Assembly: GCA_051453625.1 (NCBI GenBank) | Contig: JBOZIK010000001.1 | Location: forward strand, 49,256,953-49,276,952 | Direction of reading: 5' to 3' | DNA: 20,000 nucleotides | Source of the DNA: Welwitschia mirabilis | Taxonomy: Eukaryota | Notes under the pieces: generated by a model | Database searches by the model: none | What the model was told of the DNA's origin: nothing | Seen by the model: only the letters and a program-made list of their open reading frames with translations | Translations under genes and position numbers: made by a program | Shown here: piece after piece, positions 1 to 11,446 of the stretch | How the letters are laid out: each line of letters begins with the position of its first letter | Position numbering within the stretch: position 1 is the stretch's first letter

Positions 1-2276
1 AATACCTATAACTAGATCATGCTTTAAGATACTATGGAGATTCTTATCATTAACATGTCCTAAACGTTTATTTTATGATATAATTTTATTTGATGATATA
101 CAAAAGAAATGCTTACTACCTAAAGCTTGCTTAATGGAATGGGAATTTTTATCTCTATCACTAGTTAAAATAATTTTCCCTTGTATATCTAAAATATGAT
201 AATTTAAATAACTATATAGGACATACATAATTTTGTTATAAATTTGGTTGATGCTAAGGAGGTATTGTTTTAATCCATTTAGATAGAGGACATTGTGGAT
301 TGTTGGAAAATTATTATCAATAATACTACCAACACTTTTTATCGTTTCCTTGCCATTATCCCTAAATTTCATAGCACCTCCATTGCATTTGTTCATGTTT
401 ATAAATCTATGTGTGTCTTTTGTTATATGTTTTAAGAAACTACTATCAAAATACCAATGTACATCATTAGTGACTGATAAAGTAGTGTGAATTAAAATAC
501 TTTTATGACTCTTTCCAAGTATTACAAATATGATAGTTAAGATAGGTGTAATCAAACCTGTTATAGAAATGACAAATAAGTTATCTCTTACTCTTTTTAT
601 TGAATTTAATATTCTGAGCATAAGGTCGTTCATCACTTAATTTGATGTTTTTGAGGATTAAAACTTTATCATTTAATGGATAAGTTTGTTTTCTTAAATA
701 GGCTAGTACAAATAACGAAGTAAGGAGTAGTACATATCCTAAGACACTATTATCATTTGGTGGTCTTTGTTAAAATAGCGTAGTCTCCAAGAATTAGTTA
801 CCTATAGAAAAATCTAAAATAATTTTATTTAAGTTATTAATCTTAGAAATTAAACACTCACATTTCTTTTCTCTAACTCTTAAGAGGTCTTGATGTACTT
901 GATCTTATTTCTAAACTATGCTACTTATGATGCCAAATTCTTCTTTGCAATATCTAATTCTAGTGTTGACCTTTCTTTTTTCCTTTATATTTTGTTGCAT
1001 CCTTCTTCAACTGAGAATTATGCTTTAGAATCTTTTTTCTTTTAATAAAGTGTTCTTAGTATGCTTCCATTCAATCACCTTTCTGGTCATTATCATTATT
1101 ATCTTAGTGTCATTGATTTCTTTTTCTCTTGTAGTATCATAAGTATTAATGTTAGAAAACCAAACTTCTTTTTCATCACTTCCTTCATCATTTGTAAGAC
1201 CTTGAACATTCTTTAATTCCATTTAATGAATCTAGTTAAGTTAAAGTCAAAATCAACATGTATCTTAGTGATGTATGTCACATCATTTAAGGTTAATAAC
1301 ATGAGAGAAACCCTTTTATCACTTTAATATGCTTCCAAATTGATTCATTACCATCCTAAGTGGCCACATTACATTTCTTTTTGAAGTCTCTTGATGCCTT
1401 AGTGCTTTTATTATTTAGATACTTAGTTGTCATGTAGCTAAATCATTTACATGTATAGCATTAGGTATTCTTATCTCTTGAGTTTTACTTGGATCTTAAA
1501 GATGTTGTTTCATGATCCTTCTTGTTTCTCCACATTTTACATGCCAACATCTTCTTAAAATTTCTAGTAAATAAGGTAAGTTTTTCATCCATATCATAAT
1601 CAAAATTGGAAGATGAACAACTAGAATAATCATATTTTAGTTTTTAGGAGGAGGTAATTGATTTGTATTAAGAGCCATACCTTTTCATTTGTTATCTTTG
1701 TAAAATTATTTAATTTAAAGATAAAAATATCACTTTTCAACTCAAAAATTGGAAGAGACTATAAGGTCATCTCAAAAATTGGTCTTGTCTTGAGAGGTTC
1801 TCTAAGATCCCAAATCCCATTGATGATGTCCACGAGTTTGTTATTGAATTCTATGAAGGTTTAATCTTATTGCATCTAGATTTGCTAAAGTTGATCATAA
1901 TATTTTATTTCTTTATCTGTTGATTTGAATTAATCTTTTCATGTGTTACTTGTAACTAATCCTAAATTTCTTTAGTCGTAGTAAAATTCCTTACCTCCTT
2001 ATAATCTTATACCATAACTGAGAACATTCTTTTTTTTTTTCCCACTTATGCATAACCTTATCCTTATTAGCATCTTTCCATCTACTCCTTACTTTAACCA
2101 TAAATATTGTTAATTCATCAACATCCTATACTTCCATTGAAGGATAGAATGCTTTTTTAATAAGTTTCCAATGGTAAAAAAATCATTTCTTGAATAAATA
2201 CTTACATTCTAATATTTCAAAGCTTATAGTTATCACTAGTAAAGTAGGAATAATGGTTTATTAGTTGGACTTCCAT
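1..2276 (-). pseudogene. gag-pol pseudogene of element A (Gag, aspartic protease, GAG-pre-integrase)
   Basis: ORF 73..636 contains WYFDSSFLKHITKD...NVLYLNGLKQYLLSINQI, matching the copia protease pattern WYLDSGCSRHMTG...NVLYVxGLKHNLLSISQL. Upstream gag motifs are interrupted by many stops and frameshifts. Confidence 0.88.
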
Positions 2277-2342
2277 GATTAATAATCTATTAAACAATTA
2301 AAATAAAAGCAAAAATACCTACATCAAAAATCTAGTACAAAG

Positions 2343-3368
2343 TTTTACAACTAGCTATCGTAGAGAGAATGGGTGAGTATGATAGCTAAGGTAAATTTAA
2401 AAAATTTAATTATATGACATAATGTTTTACCAATGTCATATATCAACCAATTAATAATATTTAGGTCCAAATTAACTCTAATGATACTTCAAATAATTAA
2501 TAATAAATATAACAATTAAGCATGGTAATTTAATTAACTAATAATATGGAAAAGATACAAAGTAATGAAAACAAGATTGTTTTCCTTTATTTCTAGTACA
2601 ACCTACAACCACACTCTAATGGAACTTTGTGGTAGTTCTCCACCAATTCAATTGAGATTTTCTAGAAATTATTAGCCATAAGAACAAGCCAAATTGACCT
2701 GATTAGAATAGTAATTAAGGGCTTTGATGATTAAAGAAGGAATGACATCAAGTGGCTTATGTAGATGTAGTTATTTCAGTGTTTTTTTCTAAATTACAAG
2801 AAAGATCAAACATTCTTTAAAGTTGTAATAGCTTCATTATTTATAGAAGATGAAGTTTGATTATTATCAATTAATCAGGGTGTTCAAGAAGACTATGGTA
2901 AGCTTTAAAATGATTTATTACCATTTCAAAACATCTTTTCGATCATTTTCAATAGACTTTAATGGTCATATTTTTATTAATGAGTAGCCTAGTAGTCAAC
3001 CCCTTTGAAGAACAAGTTAACCTCTCTTTTTATATACATTTGACATAAGTTAGGTAGTTGACCTCTAGGTAGTCGAGTCCTTAATGGAACTAGTTGATTA
3101 CTCCATGATGTTTTACTCCTTTTTTATTAACATGTGGTTGATCCCCTAGAAAATATTAGTTGATTACTTAATGTATTTTGCTGCTTTCTAATAGTTTGAA
3201 AATCTTTTTCTTTTTTGGCCTTGTGTCCTAGTTACCTTATGTGTCTTTAGTAATATCTTTCAGTGTTTAGTTTTAAGTCTTTTTATTTCAATCCTGTACA
3301 AGAACATTCCATTAGTGATCTTGTATGAAATTTAACTTATCATCAATTGACATCTATGAGGTGCAACA
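2343..3368 (-). repeat. Putative 5' LTR of element A (inner boundary approximate)
   Basis: On the minus strand it starts TGTTGCACC...TGATGATAAG at 3368. It contains degenerate GGGGTTGACT-type motifs (2990-3170), TATAAATA (2838-2845) and a C-rich CATACTCACCCATTCTCT motif (~2364-2382) resembling the CCTATTCACCCCCC at the end of the LTR of D. The PBS is only vestigial (TTTGTACTAGA, ~2331-2341). Confidence 0.65.
2838..2845 (-). promoter_or_regulatory. Candidate TATA box in the LTR of element A
   Basis: Minus strand CTTCTATAAATA lies downstream of the repeated-motif cluster, the same relative position as CCTATATAT in the LTR of D. Confidence 0.45.
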
Positions 3369-6300
3369 AAATAATGATATGTACTTTAGTCTCTAAAGAA
3401 ATTGATGCAAGAATCATTATTAAGGATATGTAAAAGAAGTGTTGGGATTAACTTCAATCACAGTTAAGGGAAAATTTCAAAATAGCCCAATCAAACAAAT
3501 GAGGGATAAGAAGGAATCTAGTAACATCCAAATTCAAAGAAGTAACTCTTTTAATAATTTTCTTATTAGAATATGTACAACCCTAATAAACTTAGATGAA
3601 TATGATTATGATCTTAATGCAAGGTAAAAAATTGAAAGGATGATTCAAGTATTTTATAATGATTTTTAATTCAAGTAATGCATGATCACCACACTTTAGA
3701 CAAATGACCTTAATTTTTATACTATTCATGAATTGGTTTCTTAATTAAAAGCTTTGAAAGACATTAAAATTATTAAAAATCCTAAGGATAAAGCAATTTC
3801 CAAAAATTATTATGGTAAAATAAGAATAAATAATATGAATGCTATACTATTAATAATCCTAGAAGCCTTACATATCATCTAAAAAAAGTTTGAAATCAAA
3901 TTTATGTAATGATTCTAGTGGATATAAAGTTCATAAATAACATAAAAAAAATGATGTCAATGGATTTATGTATTAAAGATGAATCAATTATTTAGCATAT
4001 GAGACTGGAACCTACTTACTACCATGTTACTACTATGAAACATTCATCAGTACACATTAGTATGTGTGATACTTATGAAAAAGGTGACGGGGAGGGGGGA
4101 ATACAAGACCTTATAATAGAATAATCTAAAAAATGATTAGTCCTCTTAAGCTCCTTTACATAGACTTAGCTGATCCAATGCAAGAAATCACTTCCAAAGT
4201 ATTAAAGTATGAAAGTAGTTTTATGATTATTATTGATGAATTTCAAGGTATGCTTGGTTATTTATTTGAAATGCAAGAGACAACGTGTTTTCTATTTTTA
4301 AATATTTCAAGAATAATGTGAAAAATCAATTGAGGATCAAAATTAAAACAACTAGAAGTGATAATAAGATGAATTTGTTAATAATAATTTTGATCATTTT
4401 TATGATGAGCATTTCATCCAAAAGCAAACCACATGTGCATACTCTTCTCAATCTAATAGAGTAATTAAAAGAAAAAAAATGGTATTATGTAAGAAATATG
4501 AAGTTGCTTTCTTTTGAAAAGTAATCTTTCAAATTCATATTGGGAAGAGGATATCACTATGTCAATAGATCTTTTAAATATAATTTGTAACCTAGCTAAT
4601 AAAGGTAAGATCCCCATATGAGTTGATTTTTAAAAATTCTCCCATTTTACCACATTTGAAAATATTTGGTTAAAAGTTAAGTGCATGTTACATCTCAATT
4701 GATTTAAGAATTAGATGCTAAAAGAAAGTAGTACATATTTATGAGCTATGAATTGAAATATTATGATTATTATTGTTTTGATCCTCTTGATTATGAATAC
4801 TATGTCTTAAAGGATGTAAAACGTGATGAATTTAAATATGGATTTGGTCTTTTATTTAAAAGTTAATAGGAAATAATAATCAAATTATTTTTTAATAGCA
4901 ATACATTTCTTCTAGATTACTTAAAAGCTAATCATCAACTCAAATGTTTAATATAAATTTTCAAAGGAGATTTAAAAGAAGGAAAAATAAGCACACATTT
5001 TGTTGCATTCTTAACACATATTGAAGAACCCAAATCAATCAGTGAACCATTAAATTATCTATTTTTAAAAAAGATAATGTAAAAGAATAGGAATGAAGTT
5101 TTACAGAATTGTATAATGAAGTTAGTTGACTAGCTTAAAGGTAAGAAAATAATTAATTTTAAATGAGTTTTTAAAATAAATCTTGATGAAACTTTTAATA
5201 TGATTAGACATAGAGCTAGGTTAGTATGTAAATGTTATATACAAAAGAAGCACATTAATCATGAGGATATTTTTACACTAGTGGCCTATTTTGAAGAAAT
5301 TAAATTAATGATTTCTTTAGCTATTCATAGAGGATTTAAATTGCATCAAATGGATGTAAATAATTCTTTTTTCAGTGGATTTTTAAATGAAGAGGTTCAA
5401 ATTTTGAACCTAATGATTTTTAGGTTAAAGGTAAAGGTGAAAAAATTTTTAGGCTTTATAAAGATCTTTATGACCTTAATCTTGATTCAAAAGGATAAAT
5501 GATTATCTTATTGAAAGAGGATAAAAATCATGTATTTTTAGTCCATTTAAATATCAAACATGATAGAGGTAACTTTATTATGATTTCATTATATGTAGAT
5601 GATATTGGTTCTTTTCCTCAAGTGAAAAGTTGATTGATGAATTTATAAGAAAGATGAAATTAAAATATGAAATGAAGGACCTAAACATCCTATAGTATTT
5701 TTTATGTATTTAAATGGAGCAATTTAATGGTTATTCATTTATTCATAAATGTAAATTGTCCTAAGTCATGATAGGGAAAACATGATTTATTTAATAAAAA
5801 GGTGGCGAAGGCTATTATTTTCTATGATCTTAAGTTTGAAATAAAGGATATTTTAAGAAATGTTGTTGACTTCCCATATACAAACATGCTTGATTCTCTT
5901 TAATTTCTTTATCATTCTATGCTAAACATTACGTTTGCTACTTTATTTCTAAGTAAATATAATTAAGAGATGAGGGAGAACTATCTTTCATCTCATAAGC
6001 ATTTCATAAGGTATGTTTTAGAAACACTTTCTTATGGATTGAAATTGATAAATATGATGAATAATTGAGATTGTTTGTAATAGCTAATTAGAGTGATAGC
6101 TTAAATAATAAATAATCTACTTTAGGTTATGTGATATTTTATGAAGAAAATGAAATATATTGGAAATCTAAAAAATAATCTTCTATTTCTCTTTCTTCTG
6201 TGAAGGCTACATATATCTCTACGCTTGATGATGTTCAACATGTTTTATAGATTTTAAATTTTTTTGAAAATTACAATTTAATATTGAAATTCTAATTAAC

Positions 6301-6560
6301 ATATATGTTGATAACATGAATTCCATCCCATTGTCTTAAAAACACACTCTCTATAAGAAAAGAAAACACTTTAAGATAAAATACTATTTCATCAAAGACA
6401 AGATAAAGGAAGAACTTTTAACTTCCAAATGTACATCTACTCATGAACACACATCTTGTTTGTTGATAAAAAGGCTTTATTCTTTTAAGATGAATTACTT
6501 CATCATAAAACTAGCATGATTAGTGTTGAAAATATTGATGTAGATCCTCTCAAAGGAAGG
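3369..6560 (+). pseudogene. Element B: decayed Ty1/copia gag (5'-truncated), integrase, reverse transcriptase and RNase H
   Basis: Gag-like FNNFLIRICTTLINLDEY...KIERMIQ (~3550-3650). Pre-integrase *HMRL...VCDTYEKG (3993-4085). Integrase PLKLLYIDLADPMQ...IIIDEF (ORF 4133). RT IEEPKS (5020), RHRARLVCKCYIQ...FKLHQMDVNNSFFSG (ORF 5200) and YVDDI (5592-5606). RNase H STLGY...IYWKSKK*SSISLSS and IYVDNMNSI...KHFKIKYYFIKD (6115-6400). INT before RT is the copia domain order. Confidence 0.92.
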
Positions 6561-6561
6561 A

Positions 6562-6970
6562 TTAACATGATTTTTGGTTTGATGTGATCACTATTATGTT
6601 GTAATTAGAGTATTTTTTATGTCTTCTTAGTGTTATGTTCTTATGTAAGTTACCTAAGTCCTTTTATTTTTATGTTATATTCAAAAAGTATGGTTATGTA
6701 AATGTTTGTATTTTATTTTATCTATTATAATTATCTTTTAAGTATGCAGTGGGATTTATCCCACATTATTAAATTTCCTTTAGATGCCTCATGCTTGTAA
6801 AGACAAATGAATGTAAAAACCCCCTTATTTTGGTGCCTTTTAAAAAGATATGAATGAAATATTATCCTTTTAGTTATCTATGAAATTTCTTAATACTTCA
6901 TCCTCTAATTTTATGCTTTATTTTTACTTAAAGGCTTTATGCATGTTTAATTCTTACTTTAATCTCATCA
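6562..6970 (+). repeat. Possible 3' LTR of element B (boundaries uncertain)
   Basis: Follows the end of RNase H and a purine tract AAAGGAAGGA (6552-6561, PPT-like). The sequence is non-coding and T-rich with a GTGGGA-TTTA-TCCCAC palindrome at 6749-6764. No partner LTR in the window to confirm it. Confidence 0.35.
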
Positions 6971-7089
6971 AATGCTTCATTATGCATGCTAGATTTAATT
7001 CTTTAATTTCTTAATGCTGCTTCTCCCCAAAGATAACTATATTTTAAGTATGAAGATGCATGAGAATAACCACTGACTTATTTCATCCA

Positions 7090-9130
7090 TTCCATGAAAT
7101 GTTCCTTAATGCAAAACATGTATCATGAAAAATGTAACTAGAAAATGGTTTTCATCAAGTAATGATATGTTAATCAAAATAATTTACTTGTTAATAATAA
7201 TCTATATGAGCCTATGCTAGTTTCCACTCTCTATGGATTTAAATATGACTATTCCCAAATGACCTGTATATATTTCATCAAATTTGAATCATACACTTTA
7301 AATATTTTTAAAAAGTTTAAAACTAAAATGAAAAACCAATCCAAATATTAAATTATAAGTTTTCATTTAAATAAAGGTAGTGAGTAGATATCTATGAATT
7401 CAAGGGTTTTTTAATTTTTGAAGGAATTCGACTTTTGAATACCTACCAAAGAACATCCTAAAAAATAAAATCACTAAGTGATTTAATTCAAGTGAATATG
7501 ACATATTCCATGATGTATTTTAATGGCTATAAGACCTAATTTTGGGAAGAAGCAATAAACATAGTAGTACATCTCAATAATCATATTGGTCAATAAACTG
7601 AAAAATAAGTATCTCCAAGTAAAATGTGTTATGGATACAAGTTGAAGTTATACCATTTTTGTGTTTTTAATTATGAGTAATATGTCCATATTCTAAGCCA
7701 ACATCATGATAAATTTAAATCACATGCTTGCATTGACATATTTATAGGATATACAACCAAATCAAAGGGTTATTAAGTGTATCTCTAAAAGCATCATAAG
7801 ATCTTATTTCTCATAACATTATCTTCATAAAGACTTTAAACAATAATTTTAAAATTAATCCTTAAAGGCTTTATTTTTCGTTTAATCTAATGGCCATATT
7901 AGATGCTTAATGTCCTATAGTTGAGGCGGGAATCATTACCACCAATAATGCTTCAGTTCCTTCTATTAGTACATCCACTTTAAAATTTATAGAAATTGAG
8001 CAATATAGTGCTCCTAGCATACTTAATCATAGTTCTAGTAGCAATTTATTTGGTTCGTAGCCTGAATAAGATGATACCACAAATAGATGTTATTAAAATA
8101 CTTAGCTATTGTCTACTCTCTAAGATTTTTATGATAATGAGAATGCTAAAGATAGAACTAGACATGACTTACATACATTTCATGATGATGATAATGATAA
8201 GCTTCACTTAACCCTTGATAGTGAACTAACCTCATTTAAAAATGCCATTCAACATAATCATTGAATAAAAGTCATACAATAGAAATATAAAAGTCTTCTT
8301 GAAAATGATACCTTAGAGTTATTAGATCTTTTGTTAGGTCATATGGAATTACCTAAAAAATGGATTTTCCATAACAAATATAATGTGGGCAATTCCCTTG
8401 AGTGATATAAAGCTTGACTTCTAACTATAGATCTATAATAGAAGAAAGGACTTGATTACAATGAAGTCTTTACTCTAATAGCAAAATGTACTACCATCAT
8501 AAAAAGGATGGAAGTTTTATCAATTAAAAATAAAGATTATCTTTCTTGACAAAGATTTAAAAGAAAAAATCTACATGATGCAACCAAAGGGGTGTGAAGA
8601 AAAAGGCAAAGAATATACATTGTGTCTCTATATGAATTAAAATGAACACTAAGTGGTTGGTGCATTAAGCTTGTAAATTATTTAATTCCATTATATTTAG
8701 ATTATGTGATTATTAAGATTTGGATGCCACATTATTTATAAAATCTAATGGGTGAAAATCTACATACATATATGTAGATGATATGCTAATAACTATAAAT
8801 AAGGAAGAAGACAAAAAAAAAGAACAAAAATTACCTTAAGTAAGTTATTTAAGATTTTTAATCTTAGATTAGCTTAACCTAGATGTAAAAATTATTTAGT
8901 CAAATAATGAAATATTCTTAACACAGAAGAAGTACATTGGAGATCTGATTGAGAAATTTGGGTTAGAAAATACCAATGCCAAAGAATCTATAATACCTTT
9001 GGAAAAGAATGTCAAGATATCCATTGATGTAGACTTAGACGATACAAATAAAACTAAATACAAAAGAATGTTTGAAGTCTAATTTATACAATAAACATTC
9101 ATCAATGAAAAGCTCATTGAAATGTTCATA
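7090..9130 (+). pseudogene. Element C: decayed Ty1/copia pol fragment (integrase + reverse transcriptase; gag, protease and RNase H not seen)
   Basis: CKTCIMKNVTRKWF (7110), EPMLVSTLYGFKY...DYSQMTCIYFIKFESYTLNIFKKFK (7207-7320), SH3-like FIGYTTKSKGY (7741), RT start ELTSFKNAIQHNH*IKVIQ*KYKSLLENDT (8223), GLDYNEVFTLIAK (8448) and YVDDMLI (8771-8791). Confidence 0.9.
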
Positions 9131-10120
9131 TATTAATGTTACTTTCTTATGAATTTGGAAAGTGTTTTAATTATTATTAGAGCACTTTGAAAAGAGGTAT
9201 TTATGATACATTTCATAAGTTATTCATGAATATTTAACATCATTCCTAGAATTAATGGTATCATGATCCTAATGTTATAACAAATCTGTTAAATATGTAT
9301 TAATATAAAAAAAAAGTAAATCAACTTCTAGAATTCCTTTTCTTCATTAGATAATGTTACATAAATCAATTGAAGACATCCATGTCGAGCCCAAAAATGA
9401 ATAGAATATATGATATTAATTTAGGCCATTATGATGCTTACGCAAATGGGTACTAACTCAAAAGTGTTTTTATAGCAAATTATAGTCAATTATGGGGTTA
9501 TTACTTGAACTATTAATTACATTTTCAAAATGTTATGTCATGATGAATACTTGTGAGGTTGAGACTTACACTTCATGGTTTCATAAACTCTAATTATCAA
9601 ATCTTTTTTGTGTTGAAAACTTAAGTGCATAAAAGTAAAACATGGCATAATAATGCTATATTACTATGTGTAGAATTAGTATAAAAGTTATTTATATAGA
9701 AGTAATTTAAGTAGGCCTTAGGTTAATTCTAATCGTAGATAAAAAGAAATAAGAAAAATAGAAAATTCAACTTTATATTATATAAATTTTTTTTAAAATA
9801 ATGAAGTAAAGAATTAATAATGAATTATTATTATAAATAATTTTATAATTATATTTAGGTACATGATTCATGAATGAATCACCTGAATAGATCTTTAACT
9901 TAAGCTTTTGTGGCTCTTAATGTTTTACAAAACTTCATTTTATCTAATGGATTAACATTGTTATTGAGTTAATATTTGTTGCATTTATGTCAAACTAACA
10001 TTTTATATTTAGTAAAACATGTTGTATCTTGTGTACAAAATATTAAATCTTTTATAGGTCAAAAGCTGAAACATTTTATCAGAATTTGAACTTAAACCTA
10101 TCAATTTTAATATCCTCTAA

Positions 10121-10700
10121 GGGGTCGACTGGATTCCTAAGGGGTTAACTACACTTGAATCACACACCATAATGAACTAAATTCAGAGGGATCAACTGGA
10201 TTCTTGAGGGCTTGATTGAACCTGAGCATCTTATATTTTGTATCTTATCATCAAAAGATCGACCAGATTCCTATGGGATTAACTAAACCTAAGAATCTTA
10301 TTATTCATAGTGGATTATCAAGGGATCAATCAGATTCTTGAGGGGTTGACCAGACTTGAGCATCTAATATTTTGCATTCGATCATTAAGGGGTCAACCAC
10401 ATTCTAGAGCAATTAACCAAACCTAGAGTAAAAAGCTTTCACCCTTTATCAGTAAGGAGTCAATCAGACCTTCATTAGATCAACCAGACTTAAATCACAA
10501 AAATAGTATTACATTATTTTTGGACATGGGATTGACCAAATTAATATGTGGATGACTGAATCTACCATTAACCAAATCCTAAAGGGTTGATTGGACATGA
10601 AGCCATAAGAAACAGGGGTCAATCAAAAGAGCATGAGGGCAACCAAATTTAGTAATGGCACTAGATGGGATTGACTAAATATTTCGAGGGATCAACTGGT
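10121..10700 (+). repeat. Tandem array of ~67-bp units in the U3 region of the LTR of D, each with two GGGGTCGACCAGA-like motifs 20 bp apart
   Basis: Units start at 10121, 10188, 10255, 10322, 10389 and 10456 (exact 67-bp spacing), with looser copies at 10528, 10616 and 10668. The core GGTCGACC palindrome is decayed to GGTCAACC, GGTTGACC and GATCAACT. Confidence 0.9.
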
Positions 10701-10791
10701 TATAAGGGAAATGGGATTTTTCTAGCCTTTGAGCACCTATGTTTTATTTGTTAAAGAGTTTTTTCACTTGTAGAAACCCTAAAAATCATGT

Positions 10792-10800
10792 CCTATATAT
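10792..10800 (+). promoter_or_regulatory. Candidate TATA box in the LTR of D
   Basis: CCTATATAT about 90 bp after the motif array, preceded by an AAACCCTA (telo-box-like) motif at 10774-10781. Confidence 0.45.
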
Positions 10801-11382
10801 TTGCCAAAAGTCAAAATCACTGTACCACTTTTGAATCATTATGAAATCATTGCTAAACTCATTGGTACATCCTATACCTAATCAAAGATAAAGCAAGAGA
10901 TATTATTATCATTTTTTACTTGGTCAAGTCAGTTGTACTATATTCTTATGGATCTTACCATCTTCTTAAGTAGTGTAGCAATATTATTCTTGAGCTAGAG
11001 ATCTAGTGAAATCTATGCATCATGACACACCATTTTCATTATTTCACATTTTGCTAAAGATTGAGACTAAACCTCAAAAAAGTTTTATTGTAAAGGTTAT
11101 AGCTAAACCTAGAATACCTAAAAAGAGATTAACAAAGATCCAGATCAAGCTTGGGTAGAAGTTGATCACCAAGAGTGGAGTAGGAGGTTTCCCCAATCAC
11201 TATAAAATCAATTGTGCATCTCCATTGGTATTTTTATGCTTTTTGTTCTTCATTTTTAGAATAGTTTCAATTTTTCATTTGCATAAATACTTTAGTGTTT
11301 ATTTCATGTGGAGATAATTTTGTGATTATATTTATTTATTTTTTACATCCTATTCACCCCCCAAGGTTCTTGATCCTTCATT

Positions 11383-11394
11383 TGGTATGAGAGT
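11383..11394 (+). other. Primer-binding site (tRNA-iMet type) of element D
   Basis: TGGTATGAGAGT, two mismatches from canonical TGGTATCAGAGC, 2 nt after the LTR-terminal CA and about 50 nt before the gag ATG. Confidence 0.85.
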
Positions 11395-11446
11395 AGGGTA
11401 GAGTCTTTGTTAGATCCTAATAGATCTAGACTCTTAAAACCTAAAA

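Larger units (their letters stand above)
1..3368 (-). mobile_element. Element A: decayed Ty1/copia LTR retrotransposon, Sirevirus/Maximus-like; 5' LTR + gag + protease + start of integrase, continuing off the left edge
   Basis: Minus-strand translation gives copia motifs in the expected order: gag N-terminus (YFTSDNYKL*NIRM*VFIQ from ~2276), zinc-knuckle remnant CYTCK*FSYMTTKYLNNK (~1410-1460), second knuckle remnant ICHFYNRFDYTYLNY (~533-578), protease WYFDSSFLKHITKD, and pre-integrase KRLGHVN (~48-68). An LTR-like region lies upstream. Confidence 0.9.
9977..11380 (+). repeat. 5' LTR of element D (3' end firm, 5' end inferred)
   Basis: Ends CCTATTCACCCCCC-N-CCTTCA just before the PBS. The start is placed at TGTTGCATTTATGTCAA (9977) by similarity to the start of the LTR of A (TGTTGCACCTCATAGATGTCAA); TGTTG at 10020 is an alternative. 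Contains a repeat array followed by a TATA-like site. Confidence 0.7.

Noticed and set aside
73..636. 187-aa ORF as an intact gene
   Set aside because: It is a frameshift chimera. The N-terminal ~55 aa are out of frame with the zinc-knuckle remnant, and the rest is a mutated retrotransposon protease ending at a stop where a Trp is expected.
4089..4100. GGGGAGGGGGGA as a polypurine tract or element boundary
   Set aside because: It lies between the pre-integrase zinc motif and the integrase core of B, which are colinear across it, and no LTR follows.
9864..9881. TGATTCA-TGAA-TGAATCA hairpin
   Set aside because: A 7-bp AT-rich stem is expected by chance here, and there is no supporting context.
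10121..10520. CRISPR-like repeat/spacer appearance (about 40 bp repeat + 27 bp spacer)
   Set aside because: Repeats are highly degenerate, two spacers are homologous, there are no cas genes, and the array sits inside a retrotransposon LTR in eukaryotic DNA.
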